Shown here in pieces: positions 42,601 to 57,915 of a DNA stretch of 64,000 bases. The stretch is taken from the NCBI GenBank assembly GCA_964057225.1, contig OZ059897.1, positions 992,001 through 1,056,000 on the forward strand, given 5' to 3'. The notes below the pieces were generated by a model that made no database searches, was not told the DNA's origin, and worked only from the letters and a program-made list of their open reading frames with translations. Each line of letters opens with the position of its first letter. Within the stretch, counting starts at the first letter, position 1. The translations under genes were made by a program, and so were the position numbers. Origin of the DNA: Auanema rhodensis. Lineage: Eukaryota > Animalia > Nematoda.

Positions 42601-45600
42601 ATTTCAAGATAATTTTACAAAAACTAGATGTTTTTAGATTCCTTTTTTCAAGGCAAAAACGATGGACAATGTTATTCAACGAAAAAATTAATTCTTCAGG
42701 GTGAAAATCGAGGATATAAGTGTGAACTTATATCAGTTGATATCTCGGTGCATTTTTAAGCTAGCGCAAATCTGATAACACAGATCGACGCAGCTTAAAA
42801 ATCCGCATCGAAAGCACTATACTACATTGAGAAACGCTCAATACAAAAATTATTTATGATTGTTTGAAAAAAGATGCATTAGTGTATGTTGAGTTTCCAT
42901 GTACACTCAACATTGCTTCCAAAAACATTTTGACAAAAATTTTCCCGAAAAATTTCAAGATAATTTTACAAAAACTAGATGTTTTTAGATTCCTTTTTTT
43001 AAGGCGAAAACGATGGACAATGTTATTCAACGAAAAAATTAATTCTTCAGGGTGAAAATCGAGGATATAAGTGTGAACTTATATCAGTTGATATCTCGGT
43101 GAATTTTTAAGCTAACTCAAATCTGATAACACAGATCGACGCAGCTTAAAAATCCGTTTCGAATGCACTATACTACATTGAGAAACGCTCAATACAAAAA
43201 TTATTTATGATTGTTTGAAAAAAGATGCATTAGTGTATGTTGAGTTTCCATGTACACTCAACACTGCTTCCAAAAACATTTTGACAAAAATTTTCCCGAA
43301 AAATTTCAAGATAATTTTACACAAACTAGATGTTTTTAGATTCCTTTTTTCAAGGCAAAGACGATGGACAATGTTATTCAACAAAAAAATTAATTCTTCA
43401 GGGTGAAAATCGAGGATATAAGTGTGAACTTATATCAGTTGATATCTCGGTGAATTTTAAAGCTAACTCAAATCTGATAACACAGATCAACGCAGCTTAA
43501 AAATCCGTTTCGAATGCACTATACTACATTGAGAAACGCTCAATACAAAAATTATTTATGATTGTTTGAAAAAAGATGCATTAGTGTATGTTGAGTTTCC
43601 ATGTACACTCAACATTGCTTCCAAAAACATTTTGACAAAAATTTTCCCGAAAAATTTCAAGATAATTTCACAGAAACTAGATGTTTTTAGATTCCTTTTT
43701 TCAAGGCAAAAACGATGGACAATGTTATTCAACGAAAAAATTAATTCTTCAGGGTGAAAATCGAGGATATAAGTGTGAACTTATATCAGTTGATATCTCG
43801 GTGCATTTTTAAGCTAACTCAAATCTGATAACACAGATCGACGCAGCTTAAAAATCCGTTTCGAATGCACTATACTACATTGAGAAACGCTCAATACAAA
43901 AATTATTTATGATTGTTTGAAAAAAGATGCATTAGTGTATGTTGAGTTTCCATGTACACTCAACATTGCTTCCAAAAACATTTTGACAAAAATTTTCCCG
44001 AAAAATTTCAAGATAATTTTACAGAAACTAGATGTTTTTAGATTCCTTTTTTCAAGGCAAAGACGATGGACAATGTTATTCAACAAAAAAATTAATTCTT
44101 CAGGGTGAAAATCGAGGATATAAGTGTGAACTTATATCAGTTGATATCTCGGTGAATTTTAAAGCTAACTCAAATCTGATAACACAGATCAACGCAGCTT
44201 AAAAATCCGTTTCGAATGCACTATACTACATTGAGAAACGCTCAATACAAAAATTATTTATGATTGTTTGAAAAAAGATGCATTAGTGTATGTTGAGTTT
44301 CCATGTACACTCAACATTGCTTCCAAAAACATTTTGACAAAAATTTTCCCGAAAAATTTCAAGATAATTTCACAGAAACTAGATGTTTTTAGATTCCTTT
44401 TTTCAAGGCAAAAACGATGGACAATGTTATTCAACGAAAAAATTAATTCTTCAGGGTGAAAATCGAGGATATAAGTGTGAACTTATATCAGTTGATATCT
44501 CGGTGCATTTTTAAGCTAACTCAAATCTGATAACACAGATCGACGCAGCTTAAAAATCCGTTTCGAATGCACTATACTACATTGAGAAACGCTCAATACA
44601 AAAAATATTTATGATTGTTTGAAAAAAGATGCATTAGTGTATGTTGAGTTTCCATGTACACTCAACATTGCTTCCAAAAACATTTTGACAAAAATTTTCC
44701 CGAAAAATTTCAAGATAATTTTACAGAAACTAGATGTTTTCAGATTCCTTTTTTCAAGGCAAAGACGATGGACAATGTTATTCAACAAAAAAATTAATTC
44801 TTCAGGGTGAAAATCGAGGATATAAGTGTGAACTTATATCAGTTGATATCTCGGTGAATTTTAAAGCTAACTCAAATCTGATAACACAGATCAACGCAGC
44901 TTAAAAATCCGTTTCGAATGCACTATACTACATTGAGAAACGCTCAATACAAAAATTATTTATGATTGTTTGAAAAAAGATGCATTAGTGTATGTTGAGT
45001 TTCCATGTACACTCAACATTGCTTCCAAAAACATTTTGACAAAAATTTTCCCAAAAAATTTCAAGATAATTTCACAGAAACTAGATGTTTTTAGATTCCT
45101 TTTTTCAAGGCAAAAACGATGGACAATGTTATTCAACGAAAAAATTAATTCTTCAGGGTGAAAATCGAGGATATAAGTGTGAACTTATATCAGTTGATAT
45201 CTCGGTGCATTTTTAAGCTAACTCAAATCTGATAACACAGATCGACGCAGCTTAAAAATCCGCATCGAATGCACTAAACTACATTGAAAAACGCTCAATA
45301 CAAAAATTATTTATGATTGTTTGAAAAAAGATGCATTAGTGTATGTTGAGTTTCCATGTACACTCAACATTGCTTCCAAAAACATTTTGACAAAAATTTT
45401 CCCGAAAAATTTCAAGATAATTTTACAAAAACTAGATGTTTTTAGATTCCTTTTTTTAAGGCAAAGACGATGGATAATGTTATTCAACGAAAAAATTAAT
45501 TCTTCAGGGTGAAAATCGAGGATATAAGTGTGAACTTATATCAGTTGATATCTCGGTGCATTTTTAAGCTAACTCAAATCTGATAACACAGATCGACGCA

Positions 45601-48600
45601 GCTTAAAAATCCGTTTCGAATGCACTATACTACATTGAGAAACGCTCAATACAAAAATTATTTATGATTGTTTGAAAAATGATGCATTAGTGTATGTTGA
45701 GTTTCCATGTACACTCAACATTGCTTCCAAAAACATTTTGACAAAAATTTTCCCGAAAAATTTCAAGATAATTTTACAAAAACTAGATGTTTTTAGATTC
45801 CTTTTTTTAAGGCGAAAACGATGGACAATGTTATTCAACGAAAAAATTGATTCTTCAGGGTGAAAATCGAGGATATAAGTGTGAACTTATATCAGTTGAT
45901 ATCTCGGTGCATTTTTAAGCTAACTCAAATCTGATAACACAGATCGACGCAGCTTAAAAATCCGCATCGAATGCACTAAACTACATTGAAAAACGCTCAA
46001 TACAAAAATTATTTATGATTGTTTGAAAAAAGATGCATTAGTGTATGTTGAGTTTCCATGTACACTCAACATTGCTTCCAAAAACATTTTGACAAAAATT
46101 TTCCCGAAAAATTTCAAGATAATTTCACAGAAACTAGATGTTTTTAGATTCCTTTTTTTAAGGCGAAAACGATGGACAATGTTATTCAACGAAAAAATTG
46201 ATTCTTCAGGGTGAAAATCGAGGATATTAGTGTGAACTTATATCAGTTGATATCTCGGTGCATTTTTAAGCTAACTCAAATCTGATAACACAGATCGACG
46301 CAGCTTAAAAATCCGTTTCAAATGCACTATACTACATTGAGAAACGCTCAATACAAAAATTATTTATGATTGTTTGAAAAAAGATGCATTAGTGTATGTT
46401 GAGTTTCCATGTACACTCAACATTGCTTCCAAAAACATTTTGACAAAAATTTTCCCGAAAAATTTCAAGATAATTTTACAAAAACTAGATGTTTTTAGAT
46501 TCCTGTATTCAAGGCAAAGACGATGGACAATGTTATTCAACGAAAAAATTACTTCTTCAGGGTGAAAATCGAGGATATAAGTGTGAACTTATATCAGTTG
46601 ATATCTCGGTGCATTTTTAAGCTAACTCAAATCTGATAACACAGATCGACGCAGCTTAAAAATCCGTTTCGAATGCACTATACTACATTGAGAAACGCTC
46701 AATACAAAAATTATTTATGATTGTTTGAAAAAAGATGCATTAGTGTATGTTGAGTTTCCATGTACACTCAACATTGCTTCCAAAAACATTTTGACAAAAA
46801 TTTTCCCGAAAAATTTCAAGATAATTTTACAAAAACTAGATGTTTTTAGATTCCTTTTTTTAAGGCAAAGACGATGGATAATGTTATTCAACGAAAAAAT
46901 TAATTCTTCAGGGTGAAAATCGAGGATATAAGTGTGAACTTATATCAGTTGATATCTCGGTGCATTTTTAAGCTAACTCAAATCTGATAACACAGATCGA
47001 CGCAGCTTAAAAATCCGTTTCGAATGCACTATACTACATTGAGAAACGCTCAATACAAAAATTATTTATGATTGTTTGAAAAATGATGCATTAGTGTATG
47101 TTGAGTTTCCATGTACACTCAACATTGCTTCCAAAAACATTTTGACAAAAATTTTCCCGAAAAATTTCAAGATAATTTTACAAAAACTAGATGTTTTTAG
47201 ATTCCTTTTTTTAAGGCGAAAACGATGGACAATGTTATTCAACGAAAAAATTGATTCTTCAGGGTGAAAATCGAGGATATAAGTGTGAACTTATATCAGT
47301 TGATATCTCGGTGCATTTTTAAGCTAACTCAAATCTGATAACACAGATCGACGCAGCTTAAAAATCCGTTTCGAATGCACTATACTACATTGAGAAACGC
47401 TCAATACAAAAATTATTTATGATTGTTTGAAAAAAGATGCATTAGTGTATGTTGAGTTTCCATGTACACTCAACATTGCTTCCAAAAACATTTTGACAAA
47501 AATTTTCCCGAAAAATTTCAAGATAATTTCACAGAAACTAGATGTTTTTAGATTCCTTTTTTTAAGGCGAAAACGATGGACAATGTTATTCAACGAAAAA
47601 ATTGATTCTTCAGGGTGAAAATCGAGGATATTAGTGTGAACTTATATCAGTTGATATCTCGGTTCATTTTTAAGCTAACTGAAATCTGATAACACAGATC
47701 GACGCAGCTTAAAAATCCGTTTCGAATGCACTATACTACATTGAGAAACGCTCAATACAAAAATTATTTATGATTGTTTGAAAAAAGATGCATTAGTGTA
47801 TGTTGAGTTTCCATGTACACTCAACATTGCTTCCAAAAACATTTTGACAAAAATTTTCCCGAAAAATTTCAAGATAATTTTACAAAAACTAGATGTTTTT
47901 AGATTCCTGTTTTCAAGGCAAAGACGATGGACAATGTTATTCAACGAAAAAATTAATTCTTCAGGGTGAAAATCGAGGATATAAGTGTGAACTTATATCA
48001 GTTGATATCTCGGTGCATTTTTAAGCTAGCGCAAATCTGATAACACAGATCGACGCAGCTTAAAAATCCGTTTCGAATGCACTATACTACATTGAGAAAC
48101 GCTCAATACAAAAATTATTTATGATTGTTTGAAAAAAGATGCATTAGTGTATGTTGAGTTTCCATGTACACTCAACATTGCTTCCAAAAACATTTTGACA
48201 AAAATTTTCCCGAAAAATTTCAAGATAATTTCACAGAAACTAGATGTTTTTAGATTCCTTTTTTCAAGGCAAAAACGATGGACAATGTTATTCAACGAAA
48301 AAATTAATTCTTCAGGGTGAAAATCGAGGATATAAGTGTGAACTTATATCAGTTGATATCTCGGTGCATTTTTAAGCTAGCGCAAATCTGATAACACAGA
48401 TCGACGCAGCTTAAAAATCCGTTTCGAATGCACTATACTACATTGAGAAACGCTCAATACAAAAATTATTTATGATTGTTTGAAAAAAGATGCATTAGTG
48501 TATGTTGAGTTTCCATGTACACTCAACATTGCTTCCAAAAACATTTTGACAAAAATTTTCCCGAAAAATTTCAAGATAATTTTACAAAAACTAGATGTTT

Positions 48601-49842
48601 TTAGATTCCTGTTTTCAAGGCAAAGACGATGGACAATGTTATTCAACGAAAAAATTAATTCTTCAGGGTGAAAATCGAGGATATAAGTGTGAACTTATAT
48701 CAGTTGATATCTCGGTGCATTTTTAAGCTAGCGCAAATCTGATAACACAGATCGACGCAGCTTAAAAATCCGTTTCGAATGCACTATACTACATTGAGAA
48801 ACGCTCAATACAAAAATTATTTATGATTGTTTGAAAAAAGATGCATTAGTGTATGTTGAGTTTCCATGTACACTCAACATTGCTTCCAAAAACATTTTGA
48901 CAAAAATTTTCCCGAAAAATTTCAAGATAATTTCACAGAAACTAGATGTTTTTAGATTCCTTTTTTTAAGGCGAAAACGATGGACAATGTTATTCAACGA
49001 AAAAATTGATTCTTCAGGGTGAAAATCGAGGATATTAGTGTGAACTTATATCAGTTGATATCTCGGTTCATTTTTAAGCTAACTGAAATCTGATAACACA
49101 GATCGACGCAGCTTAAAAATCCGTTTCGAATGCACTATACTACATTGAGAAACGCTCAATACAAAAATTATTTATGATTGTTTGAAAAAAGATGCATTAG
49201 TGTATGTTGAGTTTCCATGTACACTCAACATTGCTTCCAAAAACATTTTGACAAAAATTTTCCCGAAAAATTTCAAGATAATTTTACAAAAACTAGATGT
49301 TTTTAGATTCCTGTTTTCAAGGCAAAGACGATGGACAATGTTATTCAACGAAAAAATTAATTCTTCAGGGTGAAAATCGAGGATATAAGTGTGAACTTAT
49401 ATCAGTTGATATCTCGGTGCATTTTTAAGCTAGCGCAAATCTGATAACACAGATCGACGCAGCTTAAAAATCCGTTTCGAATGCACTATACTACATTGAG
49501 AAACGCTCAATACAAAAATTATTTATGATTGTTTGAAAAAAGATGCATTAGTGTATGTTGAGTTTCCATGTACACTCAACATTGCTTCCAAAAACATTTT
49601 GACAAAAATTTTCCCGAAAAATTTCAAGATAATTTCACAGAAACTAGATGTTTTTAGATTCCTTTTTTCAAGGCAAAAACGATGGACAATGTTATTCAAC
49701 GAAAAAATTAATTCTTCAGGGTGAAAATCGAGGATATAAGTGTGAACTTATATCAGTTGATATCTCGGTGCATTTTTAAGCTAGCGCAAATCTGATAACA
49801 CAGATCGACGCAGCTTAAAAATCCGTTTCGAATGCACTATAC

Positions 49843-52299
49843 TACATTGAGAAACGCTCAATACAAAAATTATTTATGATTGTTTGAAAAAAGATGCATT
49901 AGTGTATGTTGAGTTTCCATGTACACTCAACATTGCTTCCAAAAACATTTTGACAAAAATTTTCCCGAAAAATTTCAAGATAATTTTACAAAAACTAGAT
50001 GTTTTTAGATTCCTGTTTTCAAGGCAAAGACGATGGACAATGTTATTCAACGAAAAAATTAATTCTTCAGGGTGAAAATCGAGGATATAAGTGTGAACTT
50101 ATATCAGTTGATATCTCGGTGCATTTTTAAGCTAGCGCAAATCTGATAACACAGATCGACGCAGCTTAAAAATCCGTTTCGAATGCACTATACTACATTG
50201 AGAAACGCTCAATACAAAAATTATTTATGATTGTTTGAAAAAAGATGCATTAGTGTATGTTGAGTTTCCATGTACACTCAACATTGCTTCCAAAAACATT
50301 TTGACAAAAATTTTCCCGAAAAATTTCAAGATAATTTTACAAAAACTAGATGTTTTTAGATTCCTGTTTTCAAGGCAAAGACGATGGACAATGTTATTCA
50401 ACGAAAAAATTAATTCTTCAGGGTGAAAATCGAGGATATAAGTGTGAACTTATATCAGTTGATATCTCGGTGCATTTTTAAGCTAGCGCAAATCTGATAA
50501 CACAGATCGACGCAGCTTAAAAATCCGTTTCGAATGCACTATACTACATTGAGAAACGCTCAATACAAAAATTATTTATGATTGTTTGAAAAAAGATGCA
50601 TTAGTGTATGTTGAGTTTCCATGTACACTCAACATTGCTTCCAAAAACATTTTGACAAAAATTTTCCCGAAAAATTTCAAGATAATTTTACAAAAACTAG
50701 ATGTTTTTAGATTCCTGTTTTCAAGGCAAAGACGATGGACAATGTTATTCAACGAAAAAATTAATTCTTCAGGGTGAAAATCGAGGATATAAGTGTGAAC
50801 TTATATCAGTTGATATCTCGGTGCATTTTTAAGCTAGCGCAAATCTGATAACACAGATCGACGCAGCTTAAAAATCCGTTTCGAATGCACTATACTACAT
50901 TGAGAAACGCTCAATACAAAAATTATTTATGATTGTTTGAAAAAAGATGCATTAGTGTATGTTGAGTTTCCATGTACACTCAACATTGCTTCCAAAAACA
51001 TTTTGACAAAAATTTTCCCGAAAAATTTCAAGATAATTTTACAAAAACTAGATGTTTTTAGATTCCTGTTTTCAAGGCAAAGACGATGGACAATGTTATT
51101 CAACGAAAAAATTAATTCTTCAGGGTGAAAATCGAGGATATAAGTGTGAACTTATATCAGTTGATATCTCGGTGCATTTTTAAGCTAGCGCAAATCTGAT
51201 AACACAGATCGACGCAGCTTAAAAATCCGTTTCGAATGCACTATACTACATTGAGAAACGCTCAATACAAAAATTATTTATGATTGTTTGAAAAAAGATG
51301 CATTAGTGTATGTTGAGTTTCCATGTACACTCAACATTGCTTCCAAAAACATTTTGACAAAAATTTTCCCGAAAAATTTCAAGATAATTTTACAAAAACT
51401 AGATGTTTTTAGATTCCTGTTTTCAAGGCAAAGACGATGGACAATGTTATTCAACGAAAAAATTAATTCTTCAGGGTGAAAATCGAGGATATAAGTGTGA
51501 ACTTATATCAGTTGATATCTCGGTGCATTTTTAAGCTAGCGCAAATCTGATAACACAGATCGACGCAGCTTAAAAATCCGTTTCGAATGCACTATACTAC
51601 ATTGAGAAACGCTCAATACAAAAATTATTTATGATTGTTTGAAAAAAGATGCATTAGTGTATGTTGAGTTTCCATGTACACTCAACATTGCTTCCAAAAA
51701 CATTTTGACAAAAATTTTCCCGAAAAATTTCAAGATAATTTTACAAAAACTAGATGTTTTTAGATTCCTGTTTTCAAGGCAAAGACGATGGACAATGTTA
51801 TTCAACGAAAAAATTAATTCTTCAGGGTGAAAATCGAGGATATAAGTGTGAACTTATATCAGTTGATATCTCGGTGCATTTTTAAGCTAGCGCAAATCTG
51901 ATAACACAGATCGACGCAGCTTAAAAATCCGTTTCGAATGCACTATACTACATTGAGAAACGCTCAATACAAAAATTATTTATGATTGTTTGAAAAAAGA
52001 TGCATTAGTGTATGTTGAGTTTCCATGTACACTCAACATTGCTTCCAAAAACATTTTGACAAAAATTTTCCCGAAAAATTTCAAGATAATTTTACAAAAA
52101 CTAGATGTTTTTAGATTCCTGTTTTCAAGGCAAAGACGATGGACAATGTTATTCAACGAAAAAATTAATTCTTCAGGGTGAAAATCGAGGATATAAGTGT
52201 GAACTTATATCAGTTGATATCTCGGTGCATTTTTAAGCTAGCGCAAATCTGATAACACAGATCGACGCAGCTTAAAAATCCGTTTCGAATGCACTATAC
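49843..52299 (+). repeat. Run of 7 apparently identical monomers
   Basis: All carry TTCCTGTTTTCA and GCTAGCGCAAAT and give identical translations (49884-51990). No differences seen by eye. Confidence 0.85.
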
Positions 52300-55200
52300 T
52301 ACATTGAGAAACGCTCAATACAAAAATTATTTATGATTGTTTGAAAAAAGATGCATTAGTGTATGTTGAGTTTCCATGTACACTCAACATTGCTTCCAAA
52401 AACATTTTGACAAAAATTTTCCCGAAAAATTTCAAGATAATTTTACAAAAACTAGATGTTTTTAGATATCTTTTTTCAAGGCAAAGACGATGGACAATGT
52501 TATTCAACGAAAAAATTGATTCTTCAGGGTGAAAATCGAGGATATAAGTGTGAACTTATATCAGTTGATATCTCGGTGCATTTTTAAGCTAACTCAAATC
52601 TGATAACACAGATCGACGCAGCTTAAAAATCCGCATCGAATGCACTAAACTACATTGAAAAACGCTCAATACAAAAATTATTTATGATTGTTTGAAAAAA
52701 GATGCATTAGTGTATGTTGAGTTTCCATGTACACTCAACATTGCTTCCAAAAACATTTTGACAAAAATTTTCCCGAAAAATTTCAAGATAATTTCACAGA
52801 AACTAGATGTTTTTAGATTCCTTTTTTCAAGGCAAAGACGATGGACAATGTTATTCAACGAAAAAATTAATTCTTCAGGGTGAAAATCGAGGATATAAGT
52901 GTGAACTTATATCAGTTGATATCTCGGTGCATTTTTAAGCTAACTCAAATCTGATAACACAGATCGACGCAGCTTAAAAATCCGCATCGAAAGCACTATA
53001 CTACATTGAGAAACGCTCAATACAAAAATTATTTATGATTGTTTGAAAAAAGATGCATTAGTGTATGTTGAGTTTCCATGTACACTCAACATTGCTTCCA
53101 AAAACATTTTGACAAAAATTTTCCCGAAAAATTTCAAGATAATTTTACAAAAACTAGATGTTTTTAGATTCCTTTTTTTAAGGCGAAAACGATGGACAAT
53201 GTTATTCAACGAAAAAATTAATTCTTCAGGGTGAAAATCGAGGATATAAGTGTGAACTTATATCAGTTGATATCTCGGTGAATTTTTAAGCTAACTCAAA
53301 TCTGATAACACAGATCGACGCAGCTTAAAAATCCGTTTCGAATGCACTATACTACATTGAGAAACGCTCAATACAAAAATTATTTATGATTGTTTGAAAA
53401 AAGATGCATTAGTGTATGTTGAGTTTCCATGTACACTCAACACTGCTTCCAAAAACATTTTGACAAAAATTTTCCCGAAAAATTTCAAGATAATTTTACA
53501 CAAACTAGATGTTTTTAGATTCCTTTTTTCAAGGCAAAGACGATGGACAATGTTATTCAACAAAAAAATTAATTCTTCAGGGTGAAAATCGAGGATATAA
53601 GTGTGAACTTATATCAGTTGATATCTCGGTGAATTTTAAAGCTAACTCAAATCTGATAACACAGATCAACGCAGCTTAAAAATCCGTTTCGAATGCACTA
53701 TACTACATTGAGAAACGCTCAATACAAAAATTATTTATGATTGTTTGAAAAAAGATGCATTAGTGTATGTTGAGTTTCCATGTACACTCAACATTGCTTC
53801 CAAAAACATTTTGACAAAAATTTTCCCGAAAAATTTCAAGATAATTTCACAGAAACTAGATGTTTTTAGATTCCTTTTTTCAAGGCAAAAACGATGGACA
53901 ATGTTATTCAACGAAAAAATTAATTCTTCAGGGTGAAAATCGAGGATATAAGTGTGAACTTATATCAGTTGATATATCGGTGCATTTTTAAGCTAACTCA
54001 AATCTGATAACACAGATCGACGCAGCTTAAAAATCCGTTTCGAATGCACTATACTACATTGAGAAACGCTCAATACAAAAATTATTTATGATTGTTTGAA
54101 AAAAGATGCATTAGTGTATGTTGAGTTTCCATGTACACTCAACATTGCTTCCAAAAACATTTTGACAAAAATTTTCCCGAAAAATTTCAAGATAATTTTA
54201 CAGAAACTAGATGTTTTTAGATTCCTTTTTTCAAGGCAAAGACGATGGACAATGTTATTCAACAAAAAAATTAATTCTTCAGGGTGAAAATCGAGGATAT
54301 AAGTGTGAACTTATATCAGTTGATATCTCGGTGAATTTTAAAGCTAACTCAAATCTGATAACACAGATCAACGCAGCTTAAAAATCCGTTTCGAATGCAC
54401 TATACTACATTGAGAAACGCTCAATACAAAAATTATTTATGATTGTTTGAAAAAAGATGCATTAGTGTATGTTGAGTTTCCATGTACACTCAACATTGCT
54501 TCCAAAAACATTTTGACAAAAATTTTCCCAAAAAATTTCAAGATAATTTCACAGAAACTAGATGTTTTTAGATTCCTTTTTTCAAGGCAAAAACGATGGA
54601 CAATGTTATTCAACGAAAAAATTAATTCTTCAGGGTGAAAATCGAGGATATAAGTGTGAACTTATATCAGTTGATATCTCGGTGCATTTTTAAGCTAACT
54701 CAAATCTGATAACACAGATCGACGCAGCTTAAAAATCCGCATCGAATGCACTAAACTACATTGAAAAACGCTCAATACAAAAATTATTTATGATTGTTTG
54801 AAAAAAGATGCATTAGTGTATGTTGAGTTTCCATGTACACTCAACATTGCTTCCAAAAACATTTTGACAAAAATTTTCCCGAAAAATTTCAAGATAATTT
54901 TACAAAAACTAGATGTTTTTAGATTCCTTTTTTTAAGGCAAAGACGATGGATAATGTTATTCAACGAAAAAATTAATTCTTCAGGGTGAAAATCGAGGAT
55001 ATAAGTGTGAACTTATATCAGTTGATATCTCGGTGCATTTTTAAGCTAACTCAAATCTGATAACACAGATCGACGCAGCTTAAAAATCCGTTTTGAATGC
55101 ACTATACTACATTGAGAAACGCTCAATACAAAAATTATTTATGATTGTTTGAAAAATGATGCATTAGTGTATGTTGAGTTTCCATGTACACTCAACATTG

Positions 55201-56511
55201 CTTCCAAAAACATTTTGACAAAAATTTTCCCGAAAAATTTCAAGATAATTTTACAAAAACTAGATGTTTTTAGATTCCTTTTTTTAAGGCGAAAACGATG
55301 GACAATGTTATTCAACGAAAAAATTGATTCTTCAGGGTGAAAATCGAGGATATAAGTGTGAACTTATATCAGTTGATATCTCGGTGCATTTTTAAGCTAA
55401 CTCAAATCTGATAACACAGATCGACGCAGCTTAAAAATCCGCATCGAATGCACTAAACTACATTGAAAAACGCTCAATACAAAAATTATTTATGATTGTT
55501 TGAAAAAAGATGCATTAGTGTATGTTGAGTTTCCATGTACACTCAACATTGCTTCCAAAAACATTTTGACAAAAATTTTCCCGAAAAATTTCAAGATAAT
55601 TTCACAGAAACTAGATGTTTTTAGATTCCTTTTTTTAAGGCGAAAACGATGGACAATGTTATTCAACGAAAAAATTGATTCTTCAGGGTGAAAATCGAGG
55701 ATATTAGTGTGAACTTATATCAGTTGATATCTCGGTGCATTTTTAAGCTAACTCAAATCTGATAACACAGATCGACGCAGCTTAAAAATCCGTTTCGAAT
55801 GCACTATACTACATTGAGAAACGCTCAATACAAAAATTATTTATGATTGTTTGAAAAATGATGCATTAGTGTATGTTGAGTTTCCATGTACACTCAACAT
55901 TGCTTCCAAAAACATTTTGACAAAAATTTTCCCGAAAAATTTCAAGATAATTTTACAAAAACTAGATGTTTTTAGATTCCTTTTTTTAAGGCGAAAACGA
56001 TGGACAGTGTTATTCAACGAAAAAATTGATTCTTCAGGGTGAAAATCGAGGATATAAGTGTGAACTTATATCAGTTGATATCTCGGTGCATTTTTAAGCT
56101 AACTCAAATCTGATAACACAGATCGACGCAGCTTAAAAATCCGTTTCGAATGCACTATACTACATTGAGAAACGCTCAATACAAAAATTATTTATGATTG
56201 TTTGAAAAAAGATGCATTAGTGTATGTTGAGTTTCCATGTACACTCAACATTGCTTCCAAAAACATTTTGACAAAAATTTTCCCGAAAAATTTCAAGATA
56301 ATTTCACAGAAACTAGATGTTTTTAGATTCCTTTTTTTAAGGCGAAAACGATGGACAATGTTATTCAACGAAAAAATTGATTCTTCAGGGTGAAAATCGA
56401 GGATATTAGTGTGAACTTATATCAGTTGATATCTCGGTTCATTTTTAAGCTAACTGAAATCTGATAACACAGATCGACGCAGCTTAAAAATCCGTTTCGA
56501 ATGCACTATAC

Positions 56512-57915
56512 TACATTGAGAAACGCTCAATACAAAAATTATTTATGATTGTTTGAAAAAAGATGCATTAGTGTATGTTGAGTTTCCATGTACACTCAAC
56601 ATTGCTTCCAAAAACATTTTGACAAAAATTTTCCCGAAAAATTTCAAGATAATTTTACAAAAACTAGATGTTTTTAGATTCCTGTTTTCAAGGCAAAGAC
56701 GATGGACAATGTTATTCAACGAAAAAATTAATTCTTCAGGGTGAAAATCGAGGATATAAGTGTGAACTTATATCAGTTGATATCTCGGTGCATTTTTAAG
56801 CTAGCGCAAATCTGATAACACAGATCGACGCAGCTTAAAAATCCGTTTCGAATGCACTATACTACATTGAGAAACGCTCAATACAAAAATTATTTATGAT
56901 TGTTTGAAAAAAGATGCATTAGTGTATGTTGAGTTTCCATGTACACTCAACATTGCTTCCAAAAACATTTTGACAAAAATTTTCCCGAAAAATTTCAAGA
57001 TAATTTTACAAAAACTAGATGTTTTTAGATTCCTGTTTTCAAGGCAAAGACGATGGACAATGTTATTCAACGAAAAAATTAATTCTTCAGGGTGAAAATC
57101 GAGGATATAAGTGTGAACTTATATCAGTTGATATCTCGGTGCATTTTTAAGCTAGCGCAAATCTGATAACACAGATCGACGCAGCTTAAAAATCCGTTTC
57201 GAATGCACTATACTACATTGAGAAACGCTCAATACAAAAATTATTTATGATTGTTTGAAAAAAGATGCATTAGTGTATGTTGAGTTTCCATGTACACTCA
57301 ACATTGCTTCCAAAAACATTTTGACAAAAATTTTCCCGAAAAATTTCAAGATAATTTTACAAAAACTAGATGTTTTTAGATTCCTGTTTTCAAGGCAAAG
57401 ACGATGGACAATGTTATTCAACGAAAAAATTAATTCTTCAGGGTGAAAATCGAGGATATAAGTGTGAACTTATATCAGTTGATATCTCGGTGCATTTTTA
57501 AGCTAGCGCAAATCTGATAACACAGATCGACGCAGCTTAAAAATCCGTTTCGAATGCACTATACTACATTGAGAAACGCTCAATACAAAAATTATTTATG
57601 ATTGTTTGAAAAAAGATGCATTAGTGTATGTTGAGTTTCCATGTACACTCAACATTGCTTCCAAAAACATTTTGACAAAAATTTTCCCGAAAAATTTCAA
57701 GATAATTTTACAAAAACTAGATGTTTTTAGATTCCTGTTTTCAAGGCAAAGACGATGGACAATGTTATTCAACGAAAAAATTAATTCTTCAGGGTGAAAA
57801 TCGAGGATATAAGTGTGAACTTATATCAGTTGATATCTCGGTGCATTTTTAAGCTAGCGCAAATCTGATAACACAGATCGACGCAGCTTAAAAATCCGTT
57901 TCGAATGCACTATAC
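56512..57915 (+). repeat. Run of 4 apparently identical monomers, same variant as 49843-52299
   Basis: Same diagnostic SNPs. Both runs are followed by the rare TTTAGATATC ('FRY') monomer (52341, 57957). Confidence 0.85.
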
